A DNA stretch of 55,469 nt from Flavobacterium sp. (GCA_044373975.1 JBILPJ010000001.1:1-55469); one strand, 5' to 3'. Positions 1-11,253 are shown, counted from the stretch's first letter. A program made the numbers and translations. The notes: a model not told the origin generated them from the sequence alone.

Positions 1-2
1 TT

Positions 3-1232
3 TCGGTAACTGGGAATTTGGTGGAAAGTCAAGGTGCTGGTCAGAAATTTGAAATTCAAGTTACTACTTTACAAATACTTGGAGATTCTGATGCGGAGAA
101 ATTTCCGATGCAACCGAAGAAACATTCGTTGGAATTTTTGCGTGAAAATGCACATTTAAGAGTGCGTACGAATGCTTTTGGGGCGATTATGAGAGTGCGT
201 TCGGTATTGTCGTTTGCAGTTCATACGTATTTTCAAAACAAGGGATTTGTATATGTAAATACACCAATTATAACGGGTTCGGATGCTGAAGGTGCAGGAG
301 AAATGTTCAAAGTTACGGCATTGCCATTTGACAAAACTCCAAGAACTGAAGAGGGAAAAGTTAATTATAAAGAAGATTTTTTTGGCAAGGAAACCAACTT
401 AACGGTTTCGGGACAATTGGAAGCTGAAACTTTTGCGATGGCTTTGGGTCAAGTATATACTTTTGGCCCTACTTTCCGTGCTGAAAACTCAAATACTTCG
501 CGCCATTTGGCTGAATTTTGGATGATTGAACCTGAAGTGGCTTTCAATGATTTGAATGATAATATGGATTTGGCTGAAGATTTTATTCAATATGTAATTA
601 AATACACGATGGATAAATGTCAGGACGATTTGAAGTTTTTGGAAGGGCGTTTGACAGAAGAAGAGAAAGTAAAACCTCAGGCGGAACGCAGCGAAATGCC
701 ATTGCTTGAGAAATTGAATTTTGTTTTAGAAAACAATTTTAAAAGAGTTTCTTATACCGAAGCAATTGATATTTTAAGAAATTGCAAACCAAATAAAAAT
801 AAAAAATTCAACTATATTATTGACGAATGGGGTGCTGATTTACAATCGGAACACGAGCGTTATTTGGTTGAAAAACACTTTAAATGTCCCGTGATTTTGT
901 TTGATTATCCAGCAAATATCAAAGCGTTTTATATGCGTTTGAATGAAGATGGAAAAACAGTTCGTGCTATGGATATTTTATTTCCAGGTATTGGAGAAAT
1001 CGTTGGAGGTTCACAAAGAGAAGAGCGTTATGACGTTTTGGTCGAAAAAATGAAAGCTTTAGGAATTGACGAAGAGGAATTGTGGTGGTATTTAGACACC
1101 CGAAGATTTGGAAGTGCGGTTCATTCTGGTTTTGGACTTGGATTTGAAAGATTGGTTCTTTTTGTAACTGGAATGACGAATATTCGTGATGTAATTCCTT
1201 TTCCAAGAACGCCTGGAAGCGCAGAGTTTTAG
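3..1232 (+). CDS. asnS: Asparagine--tRNA ligase (5' truncated by window edge)
   Basis: Class IIb aaRS motifs [21 protein letters not shown] and GFGLGFERL; frame is open to the window start. Confidence 0.96.
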   Translation, partial: SVTGNLVESQGAGQKFEIQVTTLQILGDSDAEKFPMQPKKHSLEFLRENAHLRVRTNAFGAIMRVRSVLSFAVHTYFQNKGFVYVNTPIITGSDAEGAGEMFKVTALPFDKTPRTEEGKVNYKEDFFGKETNLTVSGQLEAETFAMALGQVYTFGPTFRAENSNTSRHLAEFWMIEPEVAFNDLNDNMDLAEDFIQYVIKYTMDKCQDDLKFLEGRLTEEEKVKPQAERSEMPLLEKLNFVLENNFKRVSYTEAIDILRNCKPNKNKKFNYIIDEWGADLQSEHERYLVEKHFKCPVILFDYPANIKAFYMRLNEDGKTVRAMDILFPGIGEIVGGSQREERYDVLVEKMKALGIDEEELWWYLDTRRFGSAVHSGFGLGFERLVLFVTGMTNIRDVIPFPRTPGSAEF

Positions 1233-1237
1233 AGAAT

Positions 1238-1301
1238 GGTTAATCGGTTAATCGGTAATTCGGTTAATCGGTAATTCGGTTAATTGTTAACTCGGTTAAT
1301 A
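1238..1301. repeat. Degenerate 8-bp tandem repeat GGTTAATC, 8 units
   Basis: ggttaatc ggttaatc ggtaattc ggttaatc ggtaattc ggttaatt gttaactc ggttaata. Confidence 0.9.
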
Positions 1302-1338
1302 GACTTTATCTTTATTTCAACATTGAAAATATAATCCT

Positions 1339-2331
1339 TTGATTAAAATTGGCAACATAGAATTACCTGATTTTCCATTACTTCTTGCCCCAATGGAAGA
1401 TGTGAGTGATCCGCCATTTCGTAGATTGTGCAAAACGCACGGTGCCGATTTGATGTATTCTGAATTTATTTCTTCCGAAGGATTAATTCGTGACGCTATA
1501 AAAAGCAGACAAAAATTGGATATTTTCGATTATGAACGCCCCGTTGGAATTCAAATTTTTGGTGGCGATGAGGATGCAATGGCGCTTTCCGCAGAAATTG
1601 TTTCGACAGTGAATCCAAATTTGATTGATATAAATTTTGGATGTCCTGTAAAAAAAGTAGTTTGCAAAGGTGCTGGAGCAGGTGTTTTGAAAGATGTGGA
1701 TTTGATGATTCGCCTCACAAAAGCGGTTATTAGAAGCACGAATCTTCCCGTTACCGTGAAAACGCGTTTGGGTTGGGATGATACTTCTATTAATATTGAT
1801 GAAGTTGCGGAGCGATTGCAGGACATTGGCGTTCAAGCGCTTTCTATTCATGCAAGAACAAGAGCCCAAATGTATAAAGGTCATTCCGATTGGTCGCACA
1901 TTGCAAGGGTGAAAAATAATCCTCGAATTACGATGCCAATTTTCGGAAATGGCGATATTGATTCGGCAGAAAAAGCATTAGAATATAAAAATAAATACGG
2001 AATTGACGGCATCATGATTGGTCGTGCTGCCATTGGTTATCCTTGGATTTTTAATGAAATAAAACATTATTTTGAAACTGGAGAAAATCTTCCTTTGCCC
2101 ACAATTATCGATCGTGTTGAAGCGGCTCGAAATCATCTTACTTGGTCAATGGATTGGAAAGGCGAGCGATTGGGAATTGTAGAAATGCGACGCCATTATA
2201 CTAATTATTTCAAAGGAATTGCCGCTTTTAAAGACCACAAACAGCAATTAGTGACCTTGGACGAACCTGAAAATTTGTTTAAAAAGTTGTCTGAAATTGA
2301 AGAAATTTATGGTAATTATCAGTTTTTGTAG
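1339..2331 (+). CDS. dusB: tRNA dihydrouridine synthase DusB
   Basis: LAPMEDVSD, DINFGCPVKKV, IHARTR, GNGDI, MIGRAA motifs; TTG start. Confidence 0.92.
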   Translation: MIKIGNIELPDFPLLLAPMEDVSDPPFRRLCKTHGADLMYSEFISSEGLIRDAIKSRQKLDIFDYERPVGIQIFGGDEDAMALSAEIVSTVNPNLIDINFGCPVKKVVCKGAGAGVLKDVDLMIRLTKAVIRSTNLPVTVKTRLGWDDTSINIDEVAERLQDIGVQALSIHARTRAQMYKGHSDWSHIARVKNNPRITMPIFGNGDIDSAEKALEYKNKYGIDGIMIGRAAIGYPWIFNEIKHYFETGENLPLPTIIDRVEAARNHLTWSMDWKGERLGIVEMRRHYTNYFKGIAAFKDHKQQLVTLDEPENLFKKLSEIEEIYGNYQFL

Positions 2332-2420
2332 GTTGAACATAAATAGTTTTTTACTATTTCAAGACTTTTGACTTTATGACATTAAAACTTTCGACTTACT
2401 TAGTTATTCAATTGGTATAA

Positions 2421-2450
2421 AAAAAACCACACGCCGAAACGTATGGTTTT
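2421..2450. terminator. Probable bidirectional intrinsic terminator
   Basis: aaaaccacacg-ccgaaa-cgtatggtttt hairpin with A/T tails between convergent genes. Confidence 0.6.
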
Positions 2451-2480
2451 GATAAAAATCTATAACTAACATTCGATTTT

Positions 2481-5360
2481 TTATTGTTTGACCAACTTCA
2501 TTGTAGCTTCTCCGTTGTTAATATCAAAAGCTTTCACAAGATAAATTCCTTTATTTAAATCGCTAATTTCAAATTGCGATTCGTTTGTGAAATTACTTTT
2601 AAAACTTTTCACCAATTGCCCTGTGATAGAATAAATCTGAACATTTTGAACATCGCCATTTAAAGTAAAATAGGTTGATGCTGGATTTGGAGATAAACTA
2701 ATTGATTTATTCGATTCAATTTCATTTACTGAAAGTGTATTTGGTTTATTTCCATAGACTCTAAAACCACCTGGTTCAATTGAAATATTCATTGCTGTAT
2801 CTGTAACATTTATAGTTGAATTATCCATCAAATTATACCATGTTCCTACATAAGGAAAATAGGCAGGCGTAGTTAACGTAGCATCAGAAAAATTGGTTCT
2901 AACAAAAACATAACTTAAAGTAGCAGAAGCAACAGTACTTGTTCGAATATCTAATCTTGGGCTACCAGTAGCTGAAAAATTCCAACTAAAATCACCGTTT
3001 TCAAAAACATCTTCTGATTTTTTTAAATTAATCATTTTCGACCAATTATTATAAACCGCAAGTCTATTGGCATCAGCCAACCAATTTTCAGTCCATTGTG
3101 GAATTGGTTTTGTGTCTAATTTACAATCGGGAGCAGAATAAGAAACCACGCCGTTATTACAAGTCCATAACGATCTATCCCATCCTAATTCTCCAAATTG
3201 CCAAATCATTTTTGGCCCAGGAACTAATAAATGTAAAGCTCCCATTGCTGACAATCTTTGATGTGCTTTGAATAAAGTCCCTATTCCAGCTGGTCCTGAT
3301 TCTGTAATTGCTTTATAGACCGTTCTTTCTTCATCATGACTTTCAGCATAACCAATATATCTATATTTTGAATTTGCAGGGCCTGAACCATCTGTTACCC
3401 CTGATACATCAGCATAATTTCCTTTCAATAAATTAGCATACGGATCAGTCATTTTTCTCCAAAGCATAATTCCTTTGGTATCACCAGATCTTAAATAATC
3501 TGCCCATACTGATTCTTCAGCAGCAGAGCCGCCAGAACCTAAATGCTCAAAAATCACATAGAAACTTGGATCATATAGCCATTGAATATCTGCATATTCT
3601 TTAAGTTTGTTGACCCTGTCTGTTTGGTAAGCATTGGTACAAGTTTCGTCTCCAGATGCGCAATTATTAGTAAATCCTTTAGTTAAATCCCAGCGAAATC
3701 CATCTATTTTGTAATCTTGAATCCAAGTTTTAATCGTTTTGTCAACATAGTTTTTTGTCAAATTTAAAGCAGGTCCAGTTCCAAAATGATTTATATCACT
3801 TCCAACACCATAAGCATGCGTTGCGGTTTGATTAATATAAGGATTTTGTGTTGAAGTCCTAAAACCAGTTCCGTCAGCCCAACCATCACCATCGGCATCT
3901 AACATCCACATTCTTTCTAAAGGAGAACGTCCAAAAACATGATTTAAAGCAATATCTAAAATTACTGCGATACCATTTTGGTGACATAAATCTATAAATT
4001 GTTTCAGTTTTGCTGGGGGACCATATCTTTTGTCAGGTGCCATGTGAAATACGGTATTGTAACCCCAACTTTCATTGCCTTCAAATTCCATGACTGGCAT
4101 TAATTGAATAGCATTAATTTTTAAATTTTTGAAATAATCAATTTTATCAATTAAATCTTGGTATGTTTTATTCGCAGCAAAATCACGAACTAAAGTTTCA
4201 TAAATAACCAAATCTTTTTTCTTTGGTTTAACAAAGTTGGTGGTAAACGAACTCCAAGGATAAGCAGTTTGCCCTGTTTGCAACACCGATACTTCTCTTT
4301 CTTGACCTTCCGGATACGTTGGCATGTTAGGATATACCCCTAAGGTTACGATTTCGGGATCGTCAAAAGGCGATAGAATTAATGTAGAAAAAGGATCTGC
4401 CGTTTTCACCAATGCTGGTGAATTTGTGGGTCTGGCTATTTGATCACAAACCCAATATTGATAGGTATATGCGGTTCCTGGAGTAAGCCCAGTTAATTCA
4501 AGCCAAAATTTCCCTGTAGTGGCGTCTTTTTTCATAGCATACAATGATGAGGGCTGCCAATTATTAAAACTTCCTGCTACATATATAAAATCTTTAAAAG
4601 GTGCATTTAGAACTAACGTTGCTTTTGTAGCATCAGTTGCATTATAATTTATACCGTCTTCTAACCCCGAAGCCATTGCTAAAGTTTGTGTTGTATGCAC
4701 TACTATAACTGTAAATTTTGCGGTAAATGTTGTTGTTCCTTGCGTTATTTGTAATTGATATGCTTGATTGGAAGTAATTCCAGGGGTAATATAAGAATAG
4801 GTTGCTGTTGTTTGTTCGTTTAACGCTGTAGTATTTCCATTTGCAAATAGCTTATAGGTTGCCGCGTTATTTGTGTTATTTGCTGTAATTGACAAGGTTG
4901 AACCCGATGCTAAAAAAGTATAACTATTTAAAGCAGGAGCTGTTAAATTGTATTGAAATGCCCCAACTGGAATAAATATGTCTGCTGATTTTGCTGCTCC
5001 ATCCGCAGATCTAAAAACCACACATATTTGAGTTATTGAATTTGCAGGTGAAACTCCAAAATAAGTATATAAATCTGGTGAAATTGAAAGTGTATAATTG
5101 GAGCCTGAAGGAGAAAGTGCCGGTTGAGTGGTATTATTACCCCATGTCCCCTTTACATTTCGCCATTCCAGACCATTAACTGTTACACCTATATGAGCAT
5201 ATAAAACTCCCGTATAGCCATTTAATGATGGCGTGCTAGCTTTATTAAAAGTAATTGTGGCAGACTGATTAGCAAGAACTATTGCTGGTGCCGTTGAAAC
5301 TTGAGATTGAATTAATGAGGGGGTTAATACAATTAATAATATTAAAATGTGTTTTTTCAT
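2481..5360 (-). CDS. Secreted GH13 alpha-amylase/pullulanase-like enzyme with CBM48-like module and T9SS C-terminal sorting domain
   Basis: Signal peptide MKKHIL...; IYVAGSFNNW; QLMPVMEF..SWGY, DGFRWD, ESHDEER; C-terminal SPNPAS...GIYLVK..KLVKQ. Start moved to ATG at 5360. Confidence 0.88.
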   Translation of the reverse strand: MKKHILILLIVLTPSLIQSQVSTAPAIVLANQSATITFNKASTPSLNGYTGVLYAHIGVTVNGLEWRNVKGTWGNNTTQPALSPSGSNYTLSISPDLYTYFGVSPANSITQICVVFRSADGAAKSADIFIPVGAFQYNLTAPALNSYTFLASGSTLSITANNTNNAATYKLFANGNTTALNEQTTATYSYITPGITSNQAYQLQITQGTTTFTAKFTVIVVHTTQTLAMASGLEDGINYNATDATKATLVLNAPFKDFIYVAGSFNNWQPSSLYAMKKDATTGKFWLELTGLTPGTAYTYQYWVCDQIARPTNSPALVKTADPFSTLILSPFDDPEIVTLGVYPNMPTYPEGQEREVSVLQTGQTAYPWSSFTTNFVKPKKKDLVIYETLVRDFAANKTYQDLIDKIDYFKNLKINAIQLMPVMEFEGNESWGYNTVFHMAPDKRYGPPAKLKQFIDLCHQNGIAVILDIALNHVFGRSPLERMWMLDADGDGWADGTGFRTSTQNPYINQTATHAYGVGSDINHFGTGPALNLTKNYVDKTIKTWIQDYKIDGFRWDLTKGFTNNCASGDETCTNAYQTDRVNKLKEYADIQWLYDPSFYVIFEHLGSGGSAAEESVWADYLRSGDTKGIMLWRKMTDPYANLLKGNYADVSGVTDGSGPANSKYRYIGYAESHDEERTVYKAITESGPAGIGTLFKAHQRLSAMGALHLLVPGPKMIWQFGELGWDRSLWTCNNGVVSYSAPDCKLDTKPIPQWTENWLADANRLAVYNNWSKMINLKKSEDVFENGDFSWNFSATGSPRLDIRTSTVASATLSYVFVRTNFSDATLTTPAYFPYVGTWYNLMDNSTINVTDTAMNISIEPGGFRVYGNKPNTLSVNEIESNKSISLSPNPASTYFTLNGDVQNVQIYSITGQLVKSFKSNFTNESQFEISDLNKGIYLVKAFDINNGEATMKLVKQ

Positions 5361-5374
5361 AGTGTTTTTTGGAA

Positions 5375-5408
5375 AAAAAAGGATTGAAATTTCTTCCAAT
5401 CCTTTTTT
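5375..5408. terminator. Hairpin between susE-like gene and the secreted GH13
   Basis: aaaaaaggattg...caatcctttttt inverted repeat. Confidence 0.6.
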
Positions 5409-5424
5409 ATTTATTTATTAAAAT

Positions 5425-6549
5425 TTATTCAACAACAACTGTTTTTGCAACAGAATCTACTCTAAATATTCTTTTTGCAGTAGGACCTACATATAAAAAA
5501 TTACTATCCCCATCTCCTGCGTTTAATAATTCAGAATCAATAGTGTAACCATTAGATACATACCAAGGGTAATTACGGGATCCTTCTCCCCAACTATCAC
5601 CACCGTTGTTTCCTAAAAATACTCTAAAAGTTTCTCCACTTTTCAATTCTAGTGGCACTTCGTAGATACCGTTTGTAATCAAACCTAATTCAGTTTCATT
5701 ATTACCAGCCCATGACCATCCACCTGGAGTTGCAGCTCCAACTAACCAATGAGAGTTAGCAGCAGTAGTTCCTTGAAAAGCAGTAATTGTTTTTTTGTTT
5801 CCGTCAATTTTAAGACGGTAAGCACCTGGTGTTCCTGTAAATTTGAAATTGTGATCTCCGTCCATAGCATCCTCAAATGAAGTATTGATTTTGTATCCTT
5901 CACCAATGTAGTAAGGATAATTTCTTCCAGATCCCCAAACACCATTCTCTGTAAAGAAACGGAATGTGCCATTTGCAAATGTTGGAGTAGCTGTTAAAAC
6001 ATTGTCATCGCAAATCAAACTTAATGGCGAGTTCCAATTCCAATCAGCTGAAGGAATACCTGCTCCAACAGCATATTGACCTAAACATCCGTAACAAGTA
6101 ACCAAGTAAGAAATAGTGTCAGAATAAACTTCTTGAGCTCCTACTAAACCAGAAGTTGCTTTGATTCTAATATCAATTGCACTTTGAACAAATGGAGTTG
6201 CTCCAGCTGTTAAAGCAGCAAGGTTTAATTGTGCTGATTGAATCGTAATGAAACGATTTGTTGTAGTTCCTAATACTTGTGCGTTTGCAAAGTCGGAACC
6301 GTTTGGTGCAACTTCAATTGTATAGGTAACTACTGATTGTGTAGTATAATCCATTGGAGTCCAAGTTAATGAAATTCCAGGATTTGTTGGTGTTGTTTCG
6401 TTTAAAACAATAGACTCGCCAGCTAATGGCGTTGAAATAGTAAAAGTGCCAATTGGTTCAGTAATAAGTAAGTTGTTTTCATCGGTACATGAAGAGGCAA
6501 AGCCTAAAAATGCTACTAATGCTACTAAAATTTTAAATTTATTTTTCAT
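5425..6549 (-). CDS. SusE/SusF-like starch-binding outer membrane lipoprotein
   Basis: Lipobox (ASSC), N-terminal SusE-type domain, two repeated Trp-rich modules (VGA..GW.W, GRNYPY/W), directly downstream of susD. Confidence 0.85.
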   Translation of the reverse strand: MKNKFKILVALVAFLGFASSCTDENNLLITEPIGTFTISTPLAGESIVLNETTPTNPGISLTWTPMDYTTQSVVTYTIEVAPNGSDFANAQVLGTTTNRFITIQSAQLNLAALTAGATPFVQSAIDIRIKATSGLVGAQEVYSDTISYLVTCYGCLGQYAVGAGIPSADWNWNSPLSLICDDNVLTATPTFANGTFRFFTENGVWGSGRNYPYYIGEGYKINTSFEDAMDGDHNFKFTGTPGAYRLKIDGNKKTITAFQGTTAANSHWLVGAATPGGWSWAGNNETELGLITNGIYEVPLELKSGETFRVFLGNNGGDSWGEGSRNYPWYVSNGYTIDSELLNAGDGDSNFLYVGPTAKRIFRVDSVAKTVVVE

Positions 6550-6567
6550 TTTTTATATTTTTTTTAA

Positions 6568-8181
6568 TTAATAACCAGAGTTTTGTGTTAAATTTCTATT
6601 TGCTGCTATAGATTGAGTTGGAATAGGGAATACTTTTAGATTGTTTGAAATTGAAATTCCATTTTGACCGTTTCCTTTCCAAGCCCAATTGTATATTCCG
6701 CCAGTATATTTTCCAAAACGGATTAAATCTTGTCTTCTGTGGCTTTCCCAGTGCAATTCTCTTGCTCTTTCGTCCAATAAATAATCAAGTGTCATTTGAT
6801 TTGCGTCAACATTTGCGAAGTTTCCTCCATTTGCTCTTTCTGTTAATGCATGTAAATAATCCATTGATTGTGAAGAAGCATTTGTAGTTGAACTTCCATT
6901 TGTTGCTCCATCTTTTCTCATTTGAGCTTCAGCGTACATCAAGAAAACGTCACCTAATCTAAATAATGGAAAATCAGTATTCACAAATCCAGTACTAGGT
7001 CCAGCCATTCCAGTTGAGCTAATATTTGAAAATTTAGCTAAGATATACCCTTGATTTTTGTTTGCAATATCACTAATATCAATAGATCTTGGTCCACCTC
7101 CAGAAGCTGTTTTTCTTGAATCATATTGAAAATTAGATCCATCGAATTTTTGCACGAATTGTTTGCGCAACCTTAAGGCTCCACCCCAACCACCAACTCC
7201 GAAAAGTGAATTACCATTACCTTCTATAGATCCAACTTGTCCATTGCAAATTACGGTTGTTGCGCCATAATTTTGAGTAACAAGTCCATCTGCTTGTAAT
7301 GTGAATATCATTTCTTCCGAAGTATTATTATCTGCTTTGAAATTGTCTAAATAATTTGGTTTTAAAGTATAACCGCCAGCAATAATGCTTGAACATTGTG
7401 TCATACAATCTGCATATCTGTTTTCACCGATATAAACTTCTGCATTCAAATACATTTTTGCTAAAATCATTTGAGCCATTGCTTGATCAACTCTACCATA
7501 TTCATTAGAACGAGCTGGTTTTAAATCTGGCAGAACTGTAGTTAATTGTTCTTCTATATAAGTAAACAATTGTTCTCTGTCATATTGAGGCCCAGCGAAA
7601 TTTAAAGGGTCATTTTCAGTAATGAAAGGTGCTTTTCCAAATAAATCCATTAGGTTATAATAAGCATACGCTCTCAAAACCATAACTTCTTTTCTGTAAA
7701 TAGCGATATTTGCAATATCTGCAGCATCCGTAATTCCTCTTGCAGCTAATTTTTCAGGAGTTGATTGTCTTAAATATTCATTTGCAATTGCAACTTCTGC
7801 CATTGTTCTACTAAAGAAACCTAATAAAATAGGATTACTTGCAGTCCAAGTATTTCTTTGCAATTCCGCAACACCTTCGTCATTTTCGTAACTCCAAATA
7901 GCTTCATCAGTGGTTAAGTCTTGCAAATACCACAAACATCTTCCAAACTGACTTGTTCCTGCATCAATTCCTTCTAAAAAAGAAGAACCTGCATCTCCCG
8001 TCCCTGTAAGGGAAAGATTACCATATACACCCGCCAAACCTTGTTTATAACCAGCCGCTGTAGAATACAAAACATCTGGTGAAAGCACAGTAGGATCATT
8101 TGACACTACGTCCATATCGCTTGTACAGGATTGTAGTACAGTAAAACCAAGTAGGAAATAGATAAAATTTATTTTTTTCAT
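6568..8181 (-). CDS. susD: RagB/SusD family glycan-binding lipoprotein
   Basis: Lipobox LQSC; LRAYAYYNLMDLFG, FRLGDVFLMYAEA, ERARELHWESHRRQDLIRFG, QNSGY end. Confidence 0.95.
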   Translation of the reverse strand: MKKINFIYFLLGFTVLQSCTSDMDVVSNDPTVLSPDVLYSTAAGYKQGLAGVYGNLSLTGTGDAGSSFLEGIDAGTSQFGRCLWYLQDLTTDEAIWSYENDEGVAELQRNTWTASNPILLGFFSRTMAEVAIANEYLRQSTPEKLAARGITDAADIANIAIYRKEVMVLRAYAYYNLMDLFGKAPFITENDPLNFAGPQYDREQLFTYIEEQLTTVLPDLKPARSNEYGRVDQAMAQMILAKMYLNAEVYIGENRYADCMTQCSSIIAGGYTLKPNYLDNFKADNNTSEEMIFTLQADGLVTQNYGATTVICNGQVGSIEGNGNSLFGVGGWGGALRLRKQFVQKFDGSNFQYDSRKTASGGGPRSIDISDIANKNQGYILAKFSNISSTGMAGPSTGFVNTDFPLFRLGDVFLMYAEAQMRKDGATNGSSTTNASSQSMDYLHALTERANGGNFANVDANQMTLDYLLDERARELHWESHRRQDLIRFGKYTGGIYNWAWKGNGQNGISISNNLKVFPIPTQSIAANRNLTQNSGY

Positions 8182-8192
8182 AGTTTTTATAA

Positions 8193-11147
8193 TTAAAATT
8201 TAATATTTGCACCAAACAAGAAAGAACGTTGTCTTGGATATATTGTATTATCAATCCCGTTATTAGAAACTTCAGGATCTAAACCGCTGTATTCAGTTAA
8301 TGTAAATACATTTTGAATTCCAGTAAACAATCTTAAAGTTGCTTTTCCTTCTAACCATTTTGGAAAAGTATAACCCAAAGTGATGTTGTCCATTCTTAAG
8401 AAAGAACCATTCTCAACAAAATGATCTGACAATACTACGTTTGATGTTGTTACAAAACCTGTTTCAGTAACTGAAGAAGGCATATTTCCGAGTGCTCCAC
8501 CAGTACTCAATAAAGAATACTGTGCTCTTGCAGCATTAACATCGTTCAAAACTCTGTTTCCAACACTTGCTCTTAAATTGAAAGAAAAATCCAAATTTTT
8601 ATAATTTAAATTAGACGCAAAACCAAAAGTAGCATCAGGATCTGGATTTTTGTAAATGTATTTATCTTTTGCATTTATAATATTATCTCCATTCAAATCA
8701 GCATAAGCTCCTTCAATTGGCTGTCCAGTAGTATCATACAATTGTTTGTATAAAAAGAATGAAAATGGAGTATAACCAACACTATGAATTTGACCAGGAG
8801 TACCTGTTCCGGCTAAATTATCACCAACAGTTATGTCAGCATCATAAATTAATTGACTAATTCTTCTTTCAAATTTAGTGGCATTTAAGGTTACATTCCA
8901 GTTAAAATTTGTGCTTTTTATAACATCTACATTTACTGAAAATTCAACCCCTTTTGTAGTGAAACCACCAACATTTTGCCAAGCTCTGTTTGAGAAATTT
9001 CCTCCATCTGGCACTGCAGCTTTAATTAATAAATCTTTGGTGTCTTTGTAGAAAACATCAACCGAACCCGTTACTCTATTGTTAAAAAGTCCGTAGTCAA
9101 AACCAATATTTGACGTAGCTGTTTCTTCCCATTTTAAATTTGGGCTTAATGGTGATGAAAGTGCAATTGGTGTAGCTGTAGTTCCAAAATAATATTGTGA
9201 AGAACCACTTCCTGTTACCATCTTTTGTAAATACTCATTAGAAGCAGGGATGTCTTGTTGACCAGTTATACCCCAACCCAAACGAAGTTTTAAATCTGAA
9301 ATGGTTTTATTGTCTTTAAGGAAATCTTCTTTTACTTTCCACGCAAAGGCTGCAGAAGGGAAGTTACCAAAACGATTTTCTTTTGCAAATCTTGAAGAAC
9401 CGTCTCTTCTATAGGACAAAGTCAATAAATATTTGTCATTATAATTAAGGTTTGTTCTTCCGAAATATCCAATCAAAACTACATCTGTAGCTGCAGAATA
9501 TCTTGGAAATCCAGTTGGACCTGTTGGCAAAGTTGGATCAAAAGTGTTTCCGCTTGTAAAACTATTACTTTGGAATTTTTGATATGAATATCCAGCTGTT
9601 ACATCATAAACTAAGTTGCCAGCTTTTTTATTATAAACAAAATAAGCATCTAATAATTTATTTCTTCTTGTACTTGAAGAAAATTCATCTGTTCCATAAG
9701 GAATATTATTATTTGTTCCAGATGATGCCGCAACTTCAGGAAGAACACTTCTTTGTCTTTCTCCATTGGTTTCGTCAAAACCTAAATTAACAACCGCTCT
9801 CAAAGCTGGTAAGAAACTCAATTTATAATCCAACTCGAAATTTCCAAAAATTCTATTGCTCAAACCAGTATCATTTGTTTGTAATAATTGAGCAACTGGA
9901 TTTCTTGGTGTTTGCTGAAGCAATGGATATTGTCCATTAGAATTAACCGCTGCATGGTACTCGAAGAATCCTCCATAAGCAGCTCCATTATCTCTAACAG
10001 GTTGCGTTGGGTCAAAAACTAAAGCTGAACCTTCAACTCCATCAGCAAAACGGTTGTTCTCATTAGAGTAGTTAGCGTTTAATTTCACTTTTAAACTATT
10101 GTTAAAAAATGATGGGTTTAAAGCCAATCCAACTGTATTTCTATTGAATGAATTCGTTAGACGCAATCCTTCTTGATACGTTTTCCCTAAAGTTAAACGA
10201 GTAGGAATAGCTCCAAATAAACTTCCTCTAACAGAAATATTGTTGTCAATAAAGTCTGTACGTCTGTAAATTTCTTTTTGCCAATTTGTATTCGCTGTTC
10301 CTAATTCTCCAACTCTTCCAGGTAATTTATCAGCAATTACTGCTCTAAATTCATCTGCAGTAAAAACTTTTACTTGATCAACTAATCTTCCTGAACCATA
10401 TTGTACATTATAATCTATAGCAAGGGTTTTTCCTCCTTTTTTAGTTGTAATAAGGATTACACCATTAGAAGCTCGTGAACCATAAATCGCAGTTGCAGAA
10501 GCATCTTTAAGCACTGTAATTGACTCAACTGTACTCGGATTTAACGAAGCTAAAAACGAAGTTGAACCAGTTCCTGTTGCGTTTTCTATTGGCAAACCAT
10601 CAATCACAATCAACGGATCGTTACTTGCAAACAAAGAAGACCCACCACGAATTCTAATTGTAGAACCAGAACCTGGCGAACCACCTGTATTTACGGTAAC
10701 ACCTGCAATTCTACCGTTCAATAAATTTTCGGTAGTTACATTCGCTCCTTTATTAAAGTCTTTCGCAGATAAAACCGCCACAGAACCTGTAGCATCTTTT
10801 TTCTTAACTGTTCCGTATCCAACCTGAACTACAACTTCGCTTAATAAGTTAGCATCTTCTTCAAGGCTAACACTAATTGAAGTTTGATTAGAATACACAA
10901 TTGTTTCGGATTTAAATCCGATGAATGAAAAAACGATCTTGTCGCCTTTCGTCACTTTTGACAATTGAAATTTTCCGTCAAAATCTGTGGCCGCACTTTT
11001 AGATGAGCCTGAAACTACTATATTTACACCTGGCAAAGGTTGTCCTGATGTTTTGTCAAGAACAACCCCGCTTAAAGTATTCTGAGACAGAACACTAAGT
11101 GGTAGTAGTAAGAATAAAAATAACAACTTCTTGTAAATTGTTTTCAT
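8193..11147 (-). CDS. susC: SusC/RagA TonB-dependent transporter
   Basis: VVVQVGYGT, IRIRGGSSL, PLIVIDG, VLKDASATAIYGSRASNGVILITTKKG plug motifs; C-terminal Phe. Confidence 0.97.
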   Translation of the reverse strand: MKTIYKKLLFLFLLLPLSVLSQNTLSGVVLDKTSGQPLPGVNIVVSGSSKSAATDFDGKFQLSKVTKGDKIVFSFIGFKSETIVYSNQTSISVSLEEDANLLSEVVVQVGYGTVKKKDATGSVAVLSAKDFNKGANVTTENLLNGRIAGVTVNTGGSPGSGSTIRIRGGSSLFASNDPLIVIDGLPIENATGTGSTSFLASLNPSTVESITVLKDASATAIYGSRASNGVILITTKKGGKTLAIDYNVQYGSGRLVDQVKVFTADEFRAVIADKLPGRVGELGTANTNWQKEIYRRTDFIDNNISVRGSLFGAIPTRLTLGKTYQEGLRLTNSFNRNTVGLALNPSFFNNSLKVKLNANYSNENNRFADGVEGSALVFDPTQPVRDNGAAYGGFFEYHAAVNSNGQYPLLQQTPRNPVAQLLQTNDTGLSNRIFGNFELDYKLSFLPALRAVVNLGFDETNGERQRSVLPEVAASSGTNNNIPYGTDEFSSSTRRNKLLDAYFVYNKKAGNLVYDVTAGYSYQKFQSNSFTSGNTFDPTLPTGPTGFPRYSAATDVVLIGYFGRTNLNYNDKYLLTLSYRRDGSSRFAKENRFGNFPSAAFAWKVKEDFLKDNKTISDLKLRLGWGITGQQDIPASNEYLQKMVTGSGSSQYYFGTTATPIALSSPLSPNLKWEETATSNIGFDYGLFNNRVTGSVDVFYKDTKDLLIKAAVPDGGNFSNRAWQNVGGFTTKGVEFSVNVDVIKSTNFNWNVTLNATKFERRISQLIYDADITVGDNLAGTGTPGQIHSVGYTPFSFFLYKQLYDTTGQPIEGAYADLNGDNIINAKDKYIYKNPDPDATFGFASNLNYKNLDFSFNLRASVGNRVLNDVNAARAQYSLLSTGGALGNMPSSVTETGFVTTSNVVLSDHFVENGSFLRMDNITLGYTFPKWLEGKATLRLFTGIQNVFTLTEYSGLDPEVSNNGIDNTIYPRQRSFLFGANIKF

Positions 11148-11253
11148 ACATTTTGTTTAAGTTAAAAATTTGTTTTTTTGCTTATATTTATACTTCGAAT
11201 AATAAATTTAAGAAAAAATTATCGTTTTCAAAATAATAAATTTATTTTATGCT

